Part shown: in pieces, positions 17,457 through 27,363 of the stretch
How the letters are laid out: each line of letters starts with the position of its first letter
Position numbering within the stretch: the stretch's first letter is position 1
Virus record (IMG/VR): IMGVR_UViG_2932675082_000001
Location: 1-64,000 of that record
DNA length: 64,000 nt
DNA from: a virus
Taxonomy: Duplodnaviria > Caudoviricetes
Strand: one strand, 5' to 3'
Made by a program: the position numbers and the translations under genes
The notes under the pieces: model-generated
Seen by the model: the letters and a program-made list of their open reading frames with translations, nothing else
What the model was told of the DNA's origin: nothing
The model's database searches: none

Positions 17457-19019
17457 CTAGGCGGCGGGCTTGGGAGTGACGCCGAAACTGCCGAGGATGG
17501 CGTCGGCTCGGCTGGCCCACATCTCCTCGCTGGTCGGCTCGGCCGGCTGGTCGGACTCGCCGACGCGGTAGCCGCGGCGTCCGGGGGTGCCGAACTCGCG
17601 CAGGAACTCCTCGCGGAGCTCGTCGCGCAGGGCGGTCTTGAGGGCTTCTCGCTCGCTGACGGCGTCGGTCTGCGGGGCGGGGGCGGCAGTCTCGGTGACG
17701 CCGTCCTTCGCGTCGTCCTTGCGGGACTCCTTGGCGGTCTTCTTGGCCTTGCGGGACTCCTTGAGGCCCTGCTTGACCGGCTCCAGCTGCTCCTGCAGGG
17801 CGTTGCTGAACACGGCGCCGAGGGCCTGGATGTCGGCGTCGGTCAGGGACCGGGCCGGGGCCGCGGTCTCCTGGGTGGTGGGCTCGCTCATGGCGGGCTC
17901 CTCCTCCTGTGTGGTGGGTGCGGCCTCGCCCTGTCCGGGCAAGGTGGTCTCGGTGGTGAGGGCGGGTGCCAGCGGGGTGGATTCGGCGGCGGGCCTGGGA
18001 GGCGCGTCTGCCGTCTCCTTCGACGCGGGCTTGTTCGCCTGCGCGGTGTCGCCGTCGGTGTCGGCGGCGGGGGCTCCGGCGATGTCGATGTCGGCGTCCA
18101 TGTCCGGGTCCATCGCGGCGAGCGCGTCGCAGGCGGCCTGCATGGCGGCGGCGGTGATGGTCCGCAGCTCGGCGGGGTCGATGCCGCACGCGCGCAGCGT
18201 CAGCGACACGGGCCCGTTGTAGGCGTCGACGCAGAATCCGGCGGCGCCGGCGGGCCCGTCGGGGTAGTACTCGCGCACGTCCGAGTAGCGGGTGGTCTCC
18301 TGCATGGAGCCGTCCTCCATCCAGTGAGGGGGGATCAGGTCGTTGTGGCCGAGGGCGTGGGCGCGTTGCATGACGTGCAGGCGCCCGGCGGGTGTGTCGG
18401 CTTCGCGGATGGCGCGGCGCACGCCGGCCCGGCTGCGGATCGGCGGCCCTTCCTCGCTGACGGCCTCGACCAGCGCTTCGGTGGACTCGCTGATCGGCGT
18501 ACGGCCACCGGAACTCTCGCTCGCGCCAGAGGCGTCCGGCGTGTAGGAGGCAGTGGTCACGGAGGCGCCGAGCACGCCGGGTGTCGCCGTGAAGTCGAGG
18601 GCGTCGATCTCCAGGCCGTCGGCGGTCGTGACCTGCTGGCCCTCGTGGGTGATTCGCCGTACGGGACCGGTCCAGTAGCCGTGGATGCTGACCGACCGCA
18701 GCGCCGGGGCCGCGCCCTTGGCGGGGACGACGAGGGCGGCGATGTCCCGGCCGTGGCTGGTGTCGTACAGGGCCGCCTTGTAGGTGGCGGATCCGTCCTG
18801 CTCGGTGGTGACGTCGGTGAGGCGGCCGACGATGCGGGCGGAGTCGTCGCCGGCGTTGTGGTGGGTGCGCATGACGATCGGCAGCCCGTCGGGATCGGCG
18901 ATGCGCTGGCGCATCGTCTCGACGGCAGAAGCGATGAGTTCAGGGGTGTAGAGGCGCCGGTTGCGGGAGACGCCGGGGCGCAGCATGGTGCCGGAGATGG
19001 TGGCGATGGTGCCGGGCAT
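17457..19019 (-). CDS. capsid maturation protease / scaffold fusion
   Basis: GVSRNRRLYT, THH, VSIHG, LDFTATPGV; acidic C-terminal scaffold region. Confidence 0.8.
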   Translation of the reverse strand: MPGTIATISGTMLRPGVSRNRRLYTPELIASAVETMRQRIADPDGLPIVMRTHHNAGDDSARIVGRLTDVTTEQDGSATYKAALYDTSHGRDIAALVVPAKGAAPALRSVSIHGYWTGPVRRITHEGQQVTTADGLEIDALDFTATPGVLGASVTTASYTPDASGASESSGGRTPISESTEALVEAVSEEGPPIRSRAGVRRAIREADTPAGRLHVMQRAHALGHNDLIPPHWMEDGSMQETTRYSDVREYYPDGPAGAAGFCVDAYNGPVSLTLRACGIDPAELRTITAAAMQAACDALAAMDPDMDADIDIAGAPAADTDGDTAQANKPASKETADAPPRPAAESTPLAPALTTETTLPGQGEAAPTTQEEEPAMSEPTTQETAAPARSLTDADIQALGAVFSNALQEQLEPVKQGLKESRKAKKTAKESRKDDAKDGVTETAAPAPQTDAVSEREALKTALRDELREEFLREFGTPGRRGYRVGESDQPAEPTSEEMWASRADAILGSFGVTPKPAA

Positions 19020-19219
19020 CAGCGTCCCCTTCCGGTCTGGCGCAGTGGCGGGGTGATGGTGGGGCGCGGCCTGCGGGCGCGGGCGGTGGTGAGCAGGCGC
19101 AGGATGGCGGCGCGGACGTCGGGGTCGTGGTCGATCGCTTCCGCCAGGGCGGCCGTGAAGTCGGCGTGTTCGACGTCGTCGGTGGTGATCGCGCGGGGGC
19201 GTCTGGGGCGCTCGTACAT
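19019..19219 (-). CDS. hypothetical protein
   Basis: 66 aa, coupled within the operon. Confidence 0.5.
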   Translation of the reverse strand: MYERPRRPRAITTDDVEHADFTAALAEAIDHDPDVRAAILRLLTTARARRPRPTITPPLRQTGRGR

Positions 19220-19225
19220 CGCGGT

Positions 19226-19684
19226 CTACCTGCCGATGACGGAGGCGGAGAAGGTGATCGCGGTCGGCGATCCGGTGGAGGTCCAGCCGAAGCGGGCGGT
19301 GCCGGTCAGGACGGCGGTGGCGATGCCGGTTGCGGCGGGGAACGGGCCGATCTGGACGCTGGTGGCGCCGGCCGAGGTCAGTGCGGTAGAGGTCCACACC
19401 CGGTACCACACGGAGTCGGCGCCGAAGCGGTCGATGAAGTACGTCACGCTGGGGCTGGTGCCGCCGGTGAAGGAGGTGAGGGTGATGTCGACGGCCAGCG
19501 CGGAGACGGTGCTGGTGAGGAACGATGTGCCCGTGTTGGTGACGGCCTGGGCGGCGGACACGTAGGTGAGGAACGTGGTGAGGGTGGAGGCGGCGCTGCC
19601 GTCTACCTTGACCGCTCCAGCTCCGGTCAGGGCGAGGGCGTTGCCTGATCCGTCGGCCAGCGTGACCGCAGGGTAGGTGGACAC
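19226..19684 (-). CDS. Thr/Ser-rich beta protein, probably a virion component
   Basis: GAGGAGG RBS; 152 aa. Confidence 0.65.
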   Translation of the reverse strand: MSTYPAVTLADGSGNALALTGAGAVKVDGSAASTLTTFLTYVSAAQAVTNTGTSFLTSTVSALAVDITLTSFTGGTSPSVTYFIDRFGADSVWYRVWTSTALTSAGATSVQIGPFPAATGIATAVLTGTARFGWTSTGSPTAITFSASVIGR

Positions 19685-19695
19685 CGGATTCCTCC

Positions 19696-20436
19696 TCAGG
19701 CAGGGGCAAGGCAGCAGCGGCAGTTGGGGTGCTGCGGGAGCCGTGGGGCAGCGAGCAGCGGATATGGGCTGCCGGTTTCGGCGTCGGAGCAGGCCTGGCA
19801 GACGCGGCCGTCACCGGCGGTCATCCAGTCGACCGACTGCCGCCCGGCGGAGTAGTAGGCGTTGAGAAGGCCGAGGCCGTAGGCGGCGGACACGGCGACG
19901 TCGATGGCGAGTGCGAGGCTCAGCCCGTCGCGGACTGTGCGGGTTGCCGTGTCGGGGTCGCCGGTATCGGCGAGGATCCGGCCGGCTCGCCGCGCGGTCG
20001 CGGTGACGGCGGCGGTGAGGGTGGTGGCGGCCGTCATGTCGGCCTGGGTGTCGGTGAGGTCGGCGCCCGCTACGGTGTCCACGCTGTCGTCGTCGCTGTA
20101 ATCGGCGTCGTCGTCCGGTGCGGTGGCCAGGTGGCGGCCGGCGGCGAACCCTGCCCGGTGGGCTCGGATCGCGGCGGCTCGGATCGCGGCGCGGGTGTGC
20201 AGGAGGGGCCAGGCGGCCAGGGCGGCGAGAACGACGGCTGTGGCGGCCTCGCGCTCGTCCCGGCTGGCCGACTCCAACGTCCATGCCTGCGGCCGGTCCA
20301 CGGTGAAGTCGGCGGTGTCCTGCCGCCAGGCGGCGAGGACAACGTCGTCGGCGGTGCGGTGCAGGGCCTGGCGGCGGGCGTAGACGGGCCGCCAGGCGCC
20401 GCGGGGGTCGGAGAGCTTGATCGTGGGGTTGCCCAC
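19696..20436 (-). CDS. MuF/gp7-like minor head morphogenesis protein
   Basis: C-terminal WMTAGDGRVCQAC...PQHPNCRC. Confidence 0.8.
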   Translation of the reverse strand: MGNPTIKLSDPRGAWRPVYARRQALHRTADDVVLAAWRQDTADFTVDRPQAWTLESASRDEREAATAVVLAALAAWPLLHTRAAIRAAAIRAHRAGFAAGRHLATAPDDDADYSDDDSVDTVAGADLTDTQADMTAATTLTAAVTATARRAGRILADTGDPDTATRTVRDGLSLALAIDVAVSAAYGLGLLNAYYSAGRQSVDWMTAGDGRVCQACSDAETGSPYPLLAAPRLPQHPNCRCCLAPA

Positions 20437-20529
20437 CGCGTCTCCCCCTTATCAGCCGATCTGCTTGCCGATGAGCGGTGCGACGTCCTGCGCACGGGTC
20501 GGGTGTCCACCCACAGCTGTCACCCCCTT

Positions 20530-20790
20530 CTATGCGGCGCAGGGGACGAGGAACTCGTCGGGTTTGCCGAGACCGAGGCGGGCCATGTAGATCTGCACCT
20601 CCGCCTCGGTCGCGAAGCGGATCCTGGCCCCGCCGCGGTGCGCGTACCAGCGGCACTCGAAGCCGCCGAGTGCGTCCGGGTCCTCGACCTCGTCGGTGCC
20701 CCGCACGGGGGTGAGCGGCGGGTAGTGGCCGCGTTCGCAGTCCCGTGCCAGCGAGGGGACCGGTTTGACCGTGCCGCAGTCCGCGCACCG
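20530..20790 (-). CDS. possible small hypothetical protein (start uncertain)
   Basis: open frame between portal and MuF genes. Confidence 0.3.
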   Translation of the reverse strand, partial: RCADCGTVKPVPSLARDCERGHYPPLTPVRGTDEVEDPDALGGFECRWYAHRGGARIRFATEAEVQIYMARLGLGKPDEFLVPCAA

Positions 20791-20797
20791 GTACCGG

Positions 20798-22765
20798 TCA
20801 GCCGCCGATGCGGGCGAGTGCCTCGGCGAGGTGCTGCCGGTAGAGGTCATCCCAGGTCTCCTTCTCGGATTCCTCGCGGTGGAACTGGCTGGAGTGGATT
20901 TGGTCCCACTGGCCGTGGTCCTGGTGGACGGTGCCGACCCAGGCGTAGATCGGCTCGCCGCGCTTGCGGTAGGCGAGGGCGCGGTGGTGGCCGTCGATGA
21001 TGACGAGCTTGGGGTTGCCCGGGGTTTTGATCAGCACGACGGGCTTGGTCCGCCCGCGCTTCTTGATCTGCTTGACGAAGTGCTTGACGCGCTTCGGCTC
21101 GCGGCTCGCTGCCCACTCCGCTTCGTGGGAGAAGTCGACCTCGTCGAGCGGCACTGGCTGCGGGCCGGTCCATGACGCGGACAGGACCCAGTCGAGGACC
21201 GCCGGCGGGTAGTTCTGCAGCAGCTGGTCACGGACCCGCTCGGCGAGCGGCCGGTCGTCGGCTTCGGCCAGGGACTCGCGCGGCGCCTCGCCCTGGACGG
21301 CGTCGTTGGCCAGCCCCGGCTTGTCCTCCGGGTTGGTCGTCGCCCCAGCAGTGGCTGGGTTGTTCGGGTCAGTGCCGTCGATACTGGGTTGGGTGCGCAC
21401 GCCGGGCACCTGAACGCCGGCCGCGACACCGGGGGCGGCGGCCTTCGCGACCTGCGCCTCGGACATGCGGACCATGTCGGCCCACAGCACCAGGTTCTGC
21501 CGGTCGACCAGGACGGCGTCGTCTCCGCCGTCGACGGGCGGCTCGCCGATCTCGTCGCGGTAGCGGTTGAGGGTGTAGGAGCCGTTGCGCAGCCGGATGT
21601 CGCGGATCTCCTCCACGACCTTGCTGTCGCGGTAGTCGATCTCCGAGAACTCCAGGTGCCAGTCCGCGATCCCGAAACCCTCCTGGAGGAGGTGGAAGTT
21701 CAACTTCTCCAAGATCAAGTTCGCGATGGGGATGACCGTGTTGACCCTGAACGTTTTGTCCTGCTGCTCCCCGGTGCCGCCGCCCAGGTTCCCGGATTCG
21801 ATGATGCCGAGCTTCGCGGGCGGCGTTCCGAAGCAGGCGATGATCTCGTCCCGCAACTGCCTGGTGGCGTCCAGGTAGTCGGTGACCTTGCGCGGGTCCA
21901 GCACCTGTACGCCGCCGCCGGCGGTGGTGATGACCGGCGTGCCGACGGCCTTCGGGCCGAGGTTGTGCACCGTGTACTGCTCGCGCCAGCGTTGAACGTC
22001 GGTGTCCTGGTAGTGCGCGAGGTCGACGTGCAGCCTGGGCGGGTCACCGCGCCGGCCGCACTCCTTCAACGTGGCCTCCCAGAACAGCCACGCCGTCACC
22101 GGCAGCAGCGCCTTCTGGGCGGGGGAGACGCCGTACAGGCCGCCGCGCGGCGCGTCCATGCTGATGTGGATGACATCCCGCGGAGCGAACGTCGTGCAGC
22201 GGACCCCGTCGACGTCCTGCCGGTAGCCGGTCACCTCGCCGTGCTGGTCGGACAGCACGGTCATGGTGGTGGCGTCGAGGGTGTACAGCGCGACCGGCTC
22301 GCCCAGGAGCCAGACGATCTCCAGGTAGGCGTCCCCGAACAGGAGCAGGTCAGTTGCCACGTTGCGCAGCAGCTGCACCATGTCCTCGTGCGGGTTGGTG
22401 AACCGCAGCAGTCGCCGCAGCCGGACGACCTCCGGCGGATCCGGAGGCAGCTCCCCTTCGGGGATGTCCTCGTTGGAGACGATCTGTAGGCCGCCGGCGG
22501 TGACGGTGCGGGCGATCAGGTCGATCGGGCTGCTGACCCAGATGCAGGTGAGGTAGGCCTGGTGGAGCTGGGTGAGGATCTGCTGGCGTTCGGAGGTGGC
22601 GGCGACCTGCGCGCTGCTGGAGGCGTTCCCGAGCGGGATGCCGTATTCATAGCCGCTGCGGCGGACTTGGGCGGCGGTCGGCTGCTCCCGCGATTCCTCC
22701 ACCGCCACGGGCTCAGGGGTGGGGATGCGCCGGAATGCGCCGGTGATGCGGCTCAGAACGCCCAC
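20798..22765 (-). CDS. portal protein with C-terminal ParB/Srx-like domain
   Basis: DLLLFGDAY, DVIHI, YGVSP, FGTPPAKLG, YTLNRYR (HK97-type portal); C-terminal KPVVLI...IIDGHHRALA. Confidence 0.88.
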   Translation of the reverse strand: MGVLSRITGAFRRIPTPEPVAVEESREQPTAAQVRRSGYEYGIPLGNASSSAQVAATSERQQILTQLHQAYLTCIWVSSPIDLIARTVTAGGLQIVSNEDIPEGELPPDPPEVVRLRRLLRFTNPHEDMVQLLRNVATDLLLFGDAYLEIVWLLGEPVALYTLDATTMTVLSDQHGEVTGYRQDVDGVRCTTFAPRDVIHISMDAPRGGLYGVSPAQKALLPVTAWLFWEATLKECGRRGDPPRLHVDLAHYQDTDVQRWREQYTVHNLGPKAVGTPVITTAGGGVQVLDPRKVTDYLDATRQLRDEIIACFGTPPAKLGIIESGNLGGGTGEQQDKTFRVNTVIPIANLILEKLNFHLLQEGFGIADWHLEFSEIDYRDSKVVEEIRDIRLRNGSYTLNRYRDEIGEPPVDGGDDAVLVDRQNLVLWADMVRMSEAQVAKAAAPGVAAGVQVPGVRTQPSIDGTDPNNPATAGATTNPEDKPGLANDAVQGEAPRESLAEADDRPLAERVRDQLLQNYPPAVLDWVLSASWTGPQPVPLDEVDFSHEAEWAASREPKRVKHFVKQIKKRGRTKPVVLIKTPGNPKLVIIDGHHRALAYRKRGEPIYAWVGTVHQDHGQWDQIHSSQFHREESEKETWDDLYRQHLAEALARIGG

Positions 22766-24303
22766 GGGTCACCCCCCGCCGCTATCGGGAATCCGCCGAT
22801 CATCGGCACGTGGAGGCGCTCCTGGTCGTGGCGGCCGGTCGCGTCCGGGGCAAGGCCCGGCGTCTCGACCGGGTCGGCGGGGAAGTGGAATCGTGCGGCC
22901 TGGATGACCATGAGCCGGGCCAGTGCCTGTGATGCGGCATCGACCTGGTCGTCGTGGACGCCGTTCGGGAAGACCGAGTGCTCGGCGATGAATTCGTCGA
23001 CCCACGGGGCCAGGTGCGGTGCCGGAAGCAGGACGTTGCCCGCTTCGATGAACGGCGTCACTGCGGCGAGCCGTGCCTCCTTCGAACCCTGCGGCGTGAC
23101 AGCCACGAGGCCCGGGACCGTCGACTGCAACTGGGCGATGACCGCCGGCCCGTTGGCCTTGTCCTCGACCAGCTTCAGTGACGTCTGCGGCCACTTCGCT
23201 GACAGTGCCTGGACGGCGCGGCAGGCGGCGGGGAAGTCGAGCCGGTCGCGGACCTGGTCCAGCAGGAAGGCCTGTCCGTCGGCCTTCGCCCACACTTGGC
23301 CGACGACGTAGTCGGAGGACTTCGAGTCCTTGAACGTCATGTCCCAGGACTGGATGACCTGGGCGCTGCCGGGGACGAGCATGGTGCCGTCGGGCTGCCG
23401 CTCTGCCCGGGGGGCGTCGTAGTACCGCCACCAGGAGCGCTTCACCATGCCGCCCTCTGCGGGGGCGGGGCGGCCCTGGTAGAGGGCGGTCCAGGTGCGG
23501 GAGCCGACGTCTCGCTTGGTGTCCTCCCAGTCCCGGCTCGTGCGGCCTCGCGCCGAGGTCAGGTACTGGCCTGGTGCACGCCCGAGGGGGTCTTGGTCGC
23601 CGTCGGCTTCGGCGGGGATGTTGATGTACGTCCACTCATGGGCGGACGGTCCGGACAGGAGCCGCCCGGCGAGGTCGTCTTCGTGCCATCTGGTGAGGAC
23701 GATGATGACGACGGCGTTCGGGGCGAGGCGGGTGCGGGCGACATCGGTCCACCAGTCCCAGCAGCGTTGCCGGTACACCTCGGACTCGGCTTCCGCGCGG
23801 CCTTTGATGGGGTCGTCGATGATGAGGACGTCGACGGGCCGGCCGGTGAGTGCGCCGCCGATGCCGACGGAGTAGACGCCGCCGTGGTGGCCGTCGAGTT
23901 GCCATTCGTGGGCCGCGGAGGTGTCCTGCCGGACCTTGAGGCCGAGCTTGTCCTCGTGTTCGGCGAGGTCGTTGCGGATGGCCCGTCCCCACCTGCGGGC
24001 CGTTCCGAGTTCGTATGAGGCGATGGCGATGCGCAGGTCGGGTCGCCGGGCGAGCAGCCAGGCGGGGAAGGTTCGGCTGACGCGCTGGCTTTTGCCTTCC
24101 TGGGGCGGCATGGACCAGATGAGCCGCCGGATCTTGTTGTCGGTGACGGCTACGAGGGTGTCGTCGAGGAGGTTGAGCGCGGGCGTTGCGACGGTCCGCG
24201 GGTCGATTGCCGCCGCAAGATCGCCGGGAGTCGGGAAGACGGGTAGGCCGCCGGCGACATCTTCGAGCTGGTCGGCAAGGATGGCGAAGGCATTGGCGCG
24301 CAC
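22753..24303 (-). CDS. terminase large subunit
   Basis: MPPQEGKS Walker A; LIIDDP; TRWHEDDLAG; VEDKANG; HDDQVDA. Confidence 0.93.
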   Translation of the reverse strand: MRANAFAILADQLEDVAGGLPVFPTPGDLAAAIDPRTVATPALNLLDDTLVAVTDNKIRRLIWSMPPQEGKSQRVSRTFPAWLLARRPDLRIAIASYELGTARRWGRAIRNDLAEHEDKLGLKVRQDTSAAHEWQLDGHHGGVYSVGIGGALTGRPVDVLIIDDPIKGRAEAESEVYRQRCWDWWTDVARTRLAPNAVVIIVLTRWHEDDLAGRLLSGPSAHEWTYINIPAEADGDQDPLGRAPGQYLTSARGRTSRDWEDTKRDVGSRTWTALYQGRPAPAEGGMVKRSWWRYYDAPRAERQPDGTMLVPGSAQVIQSWDMTFKDSKSSDYVVGQVWAKADGQAFLLDQVRDRLDFPAACRAVQALSAKWPQTSLKLVEDKANGPAVIAQLQSTVPGLVAVTPQGSKEARLAAVTPFIEAGNVLLPAPHLAPWVDEFIAEHSVFPNGVHDDQVDAASQALARLMVIQAARFHFPADPVETPGLAPDATGRHDQERLHVPMIGGFPIAAGGDPWAF

Positions 24304-24319
24304 CGCTCACCCCCGCGCT

Positions 24320-24895
24320 TCAGGCTGCGACGGCTCGTAGCTTCCTCGCCATGACCTGCTTTACGGTCGCCGCCTGCTCGCCGGTGACGCCGATCGCGGC
24401 GAGCCCGGCCTGGACGGCATCCATGAGGAGCTGTGCCTTGGTCTCCTCGATGCGGGCGAGCCGGCCGTCGATGTCGAGGCGGGCGATGGTGGACAGCACG
24501 GTGTTGGTGCGGTCCATGGCCCGCTCGTACAGGCCGACTTCGGCGCGGAGCTGTTCGGCGCCGGCCTTGCCTTCGTAGCGGACTTCGTCGCCGATCCGGT
24601 TGACGATCTCGGCGATGGCCTGTTGCCAGGCGACGACCTGGCCGGCGAGTTGGGCGAGGGCGGTGAGGGGGTCGTCGACCGGCTGGACGTCAAGTTCGGC
24701 GAGCACGGCCCGGACCTCCCGTTCGGCGATCTCGTGAGCTGCTTTGATCGTCTGGCCTGGTGTCTTCCCGCCGTGCAGCTTGCACCTGCCGGTCCCGGGG
24801 TGGTCGGTGCCCCAGCCGGCGCGCAGGCCGCAGTACTCGGCGGAGTCTTCCTGCCGGGTCTTGGCTCCGCAGACGGGCTTGTTGCCGGCGGTCAT
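24320..24895 (-). CDS. terminase small subunit-like protein (HGG motif)
   Basis: CGAKTR...GRCKLHGGKTP; immediately upstream of the large subunit. Confidence 0.7.
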   Translation of the reverse strand: MTAGNKPVCGAKTRQEDSAEYCGLRAGWGTDHPGTGRCKLHGGKTPGQTIKAAHEIAEREVRAVLAELDVQPVDDPLTALAQLAGQVVAWQQAIAEIVNRIGDEVRYEGKAGAEQLRAEVGLYERAMDRTNTVLSTIARLDIDGRLARIEETKAQLLMDAVQAGLAAIGVTGEQAATVKQVMARKLRAVAA

Positions 24896-24897
24896 GG

Positions 24898-25203
24898 TCA
24901 GGCCTGCGGGGCGGGCTTCTGGATGTCGGCGGCTGCGGCCTTGGCGTCGGCGACGGCTTCGGCGCTCATGGCCTTGACCTCCTGGGCGACGTCTTCGCCG
25001 ATCGACTTGGCATCGGCGGCGGCCTCGACGACGACCGGCTTGGCGTCGGTGACCAACTTGTCGGCGTCAGCGCTGACTTCGGAGGCGAGGGCGGTCTCGT
25101 CGCCGCGGAGACGGTCCCAGAGCTTGTGGGCCTCGTCGGCGAGGTGGTGGCCCTCGCTCTGCAGCTTGACGACGAGGGCATGGAAGTCGTCGGCGATGGA
25201 CAT
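24898..25203 (-). CDS. acidic Ala-rich hypothetical protein
   Basis: AAGGAG RBS; MSIADDFHAL. Confidence 0.65.
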   Translation of the reverse strand: MSIADDFHALVVKLQSEGHHLADEAHKLWDRLRGDETALASEVSADADKLVTDAKPVVVEAAADAKSIGEDVAQEVKAMSAEAVADAKAAAADIQKPAPQA

Positions 25204-25235
25204 GCGGGATCTCCTTGTGATGAGGGCGGGGCGCG

Positions 25236-25451
25236 TCAGCGCCGGTCGGGGACAAACTCGGCGGGCACGGGGGCGGTGATGCGGTCGGTGCGGCGGGCCC
25301 GGCATGGCGGTCCGTCGTGCCACCAGCGTCGTTCGCCGAGCCAGGCTGTCCGGCCACAGCGGGAGCAGGCGCCGGGAATCGGGTCCCAGTCGCTCGGATC
25401 GGCGAACGGGGCGTCGATGGCGCGCCAGCGGTTGGGCTCCACAGTTACCAT
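25236..25451 (-). CDS. small hypothetical protein
   Basis: 71 aa with CxxC. Confidence 0.4.
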   Translation of the reverse strand: MVTVEPNRWRAIDAPFADPSDWDPIPGACSRCGRTAWLGERRWWHDGPPCRARRTDRITAPVPAEFVPDRR

Positions 25452-25458
25452 CCTCGGA

Positions 25459-26191
25459 TCACGCAGCTTCGATACGGTCCGCGATCCGCTCCGCCTCGCG
25501 TATCCGCTGTACGGCTACCTCGACGTAGCGCTCATCGAGTTCGCAGCCGATTGCATGTCGGCCGGCCAGCAAGGCGGCAACGAGCGTCGAACCGGAGCCG
25601 GCGAACGGATCGAGGATCAATTCCCCGCGGCGACTGGACGACTCGATCAGCTCGGCCATCAGCCGCACCGGTTTCTCGGTCGGGTGCCGATTCACCTGTG
25701 TGCCGTTCTTGCGTGGCACGCGGATGATGGTTCCGGCCCGGAGCCGGGCAGCCAGGTTGCCCCCCCCCGGAGGCTCGCGACGACTTGCTCGGGTGATGAG
25801 ATCCGAAGGTGATCGGTTCGTGCTGGGGGGCCCAGGGTTTCGACAGGTCGCCCATGCCAATGTTGACCTTGTCCCAGATGAGTTCGGAAGTGCCGCCGAG
25901 TTGGAGAGATTCGGCTAGCTGACTGGGCTGGAACCCGAAGACGTACACGTGCCGTTTTGGCCGCAGGTGCGAGCGCACGAGGGCACCGAGCATCCCGGGC
26001 ACGTCGAGGCTGCCATCGTCGCCGAGCAGTGGTCCGAACCGGCCGCCGTTGTTGCCAGAGTTCCAGCGAATTCCGTAGGGCGGGTCGGTGCATAGCAGGT
26101 CGACGGTGGGGAGTTGTCCGATCAGGCTGGCGCAGTCTCCGGCGTAGAGGGTGCATCGTTCTGACTGATAGGCGATGCGTGGCTGCTCCAC
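25459..26191 (-). pseudogene. N4-C/N6-A DNA methyltransferase split by a frameshift in a G9 tract (possibly phase-variable)
   Basis: frame 1 has TDPPYG; frame 2 has HPTEKP and LDPFAGSGST; frames join at C9 25760-25768 on the + strand. Confidence 0.85.
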
Positions 26192-26333
26192 TTCACCTCC
26201 CTGCAGTCGTTGGTGGGCTCGCGGCCTGGCGGGAGTGGGATGCCGGGCCGCGAGCCGGGGCCCGCCGCCCTCAGGGCGGGCCGTCCCCGCCGGCCGGCTC
26301 GCGCGGGCGGCACACGGCGGGGAGCTGATGGGG

Positions 26334-26546
26334 TCACGCGGCTTGCGGACGGGTAGCGCGCATCTCCGCCTCGACCTGCAGCACCTCGGCGGCCCGGTAA
26401 CGGGGCCTGGCGGCGCGGGGGTTGACCGGGCGGAGTTTGCCGCGGTGTGCCCAAATACGAATCCGCCCGGGCGGGACCTGGGCGGCTTCGGCGGCCTGCT
26501 GGGTGGTCCAGGTGAGGGTGCGGAGGTCGGCGTCGAGGTGGATCAC
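26334..26546 (-). CDS. MerR-like HTH protein
   Basis: TTQQAAEAAQVPPGRIRIWAHRGKL...YRAAEV. Confidence 0.7.
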   Translation of the reverse strand: MIHLDADLRTLTWTTQQAAEAAQVPPGRIRIWAHRGKLRPVNPRAARPRYRAAEVLQVEAEMRATRPQAA

Positions 26547-26658
26547 GGCGGCGGCCTCTCCTCCGGGAACGACGAAGGCCCCGCGCTGCTTGGGGCAGCC
26601 GGGGCCTGGTCGAAGACATGGGGGTACGGGCAAAAGTGTTACACCGATTTCGAAAAGG

Positions 26659-27363
26659 TCAAGCTACGTTCCGGTTCGGCGTGTTCGCGGCGACCTCGGC
26701 GACCCAGTCCTGGTACTCGGCAGGGGTCATCAGCAGCCCGCAGTTCCGGCATTCGACGTAGTCGGCGCCGTCGGCGAAGGCGAGGGCCCGCCAGTCGCAG
26801 CGCTTGCACGGCGCGGCCTTCTGCTCCATGCGGTTGTCGCGGGCGGTGAATCGTTTCGCCGTGCGGTTGAAGGCGCGGATTTGGGCCGCGGGGTTGCCGC
26901 TCTGCCGCTCGTGGGTCTCGCCGGCGGCGGGGTGGTGGTCGAGGAGCCAGTCGAGGTGGGTGGCGAGGAACTGGACGGTGGCGGTGATGGTGGCGCCTTC
27001 GCGGACCGCGGCGGGACGAGGGGCGAGGCCACGCAGTTCGCGGACGTCGTCCTCGATCTCGGTGAGCCCACCGAGGATGTGGTCGACCAGGAGTCGGGAT
27101 GCCTGCCCGGGCCAAGGTGCCACGCCTGCAGGCCGACTGGTGATGACGTCCGCGGGCTTGGCGGTGCCGTGGGTGGCTTCCATCTGTATGGCGGCGAGGA
27201 GTTCGGGAAGTTCGGCAAGGTCGGCGCGGGTGCGGTCCTGGCAGGTCTGGCAGTGGACGGGTTGGCCCCAGGTGGGGGTGTAGTCGTGGGGGAGGCCGGT
27301 GTGTTCGGCGTCGCGCCAGGCGCGGTTACACGGTCCGGGGCACGGGGTGGGGGTGGTGTGCAT
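26659..27363 (-). CDS. Zn-finger-containing protein, possible late regulator
   Basis: CPGPC, CQTC, CKRC, CRNC motifs. Confidence 0.65.
   Translation of the reverse strand: MHTTPTPCPGPCNRAWRDAEHTGLPHDYTPTWGQPVHCQTCQDRTRADLAELPELLAAIQMEATHGTAKPADVITSRPAGVAPWPGQASRLLVDHILGGLTEIEDDVRELRGLAPRPAAVREGATITATVQFLATHLDWLLDHHPAAGETHERQSGNPAAQIRAFNRTAKRFTARDNRMEQKAAPCKRCDWRALAFADGADYVECRNCGLLMTPAEYQDWVAEVAANTPNRNVA

Noticed and set aside
16008-19565. 1185-aa plus-strand ORF (and the 838-aa alternative minus-strand frame)
   Set aside because: Shadow frames of the capsid and protease genes with no recognisable motifs; only the last 86 codons of the minus frame look real.
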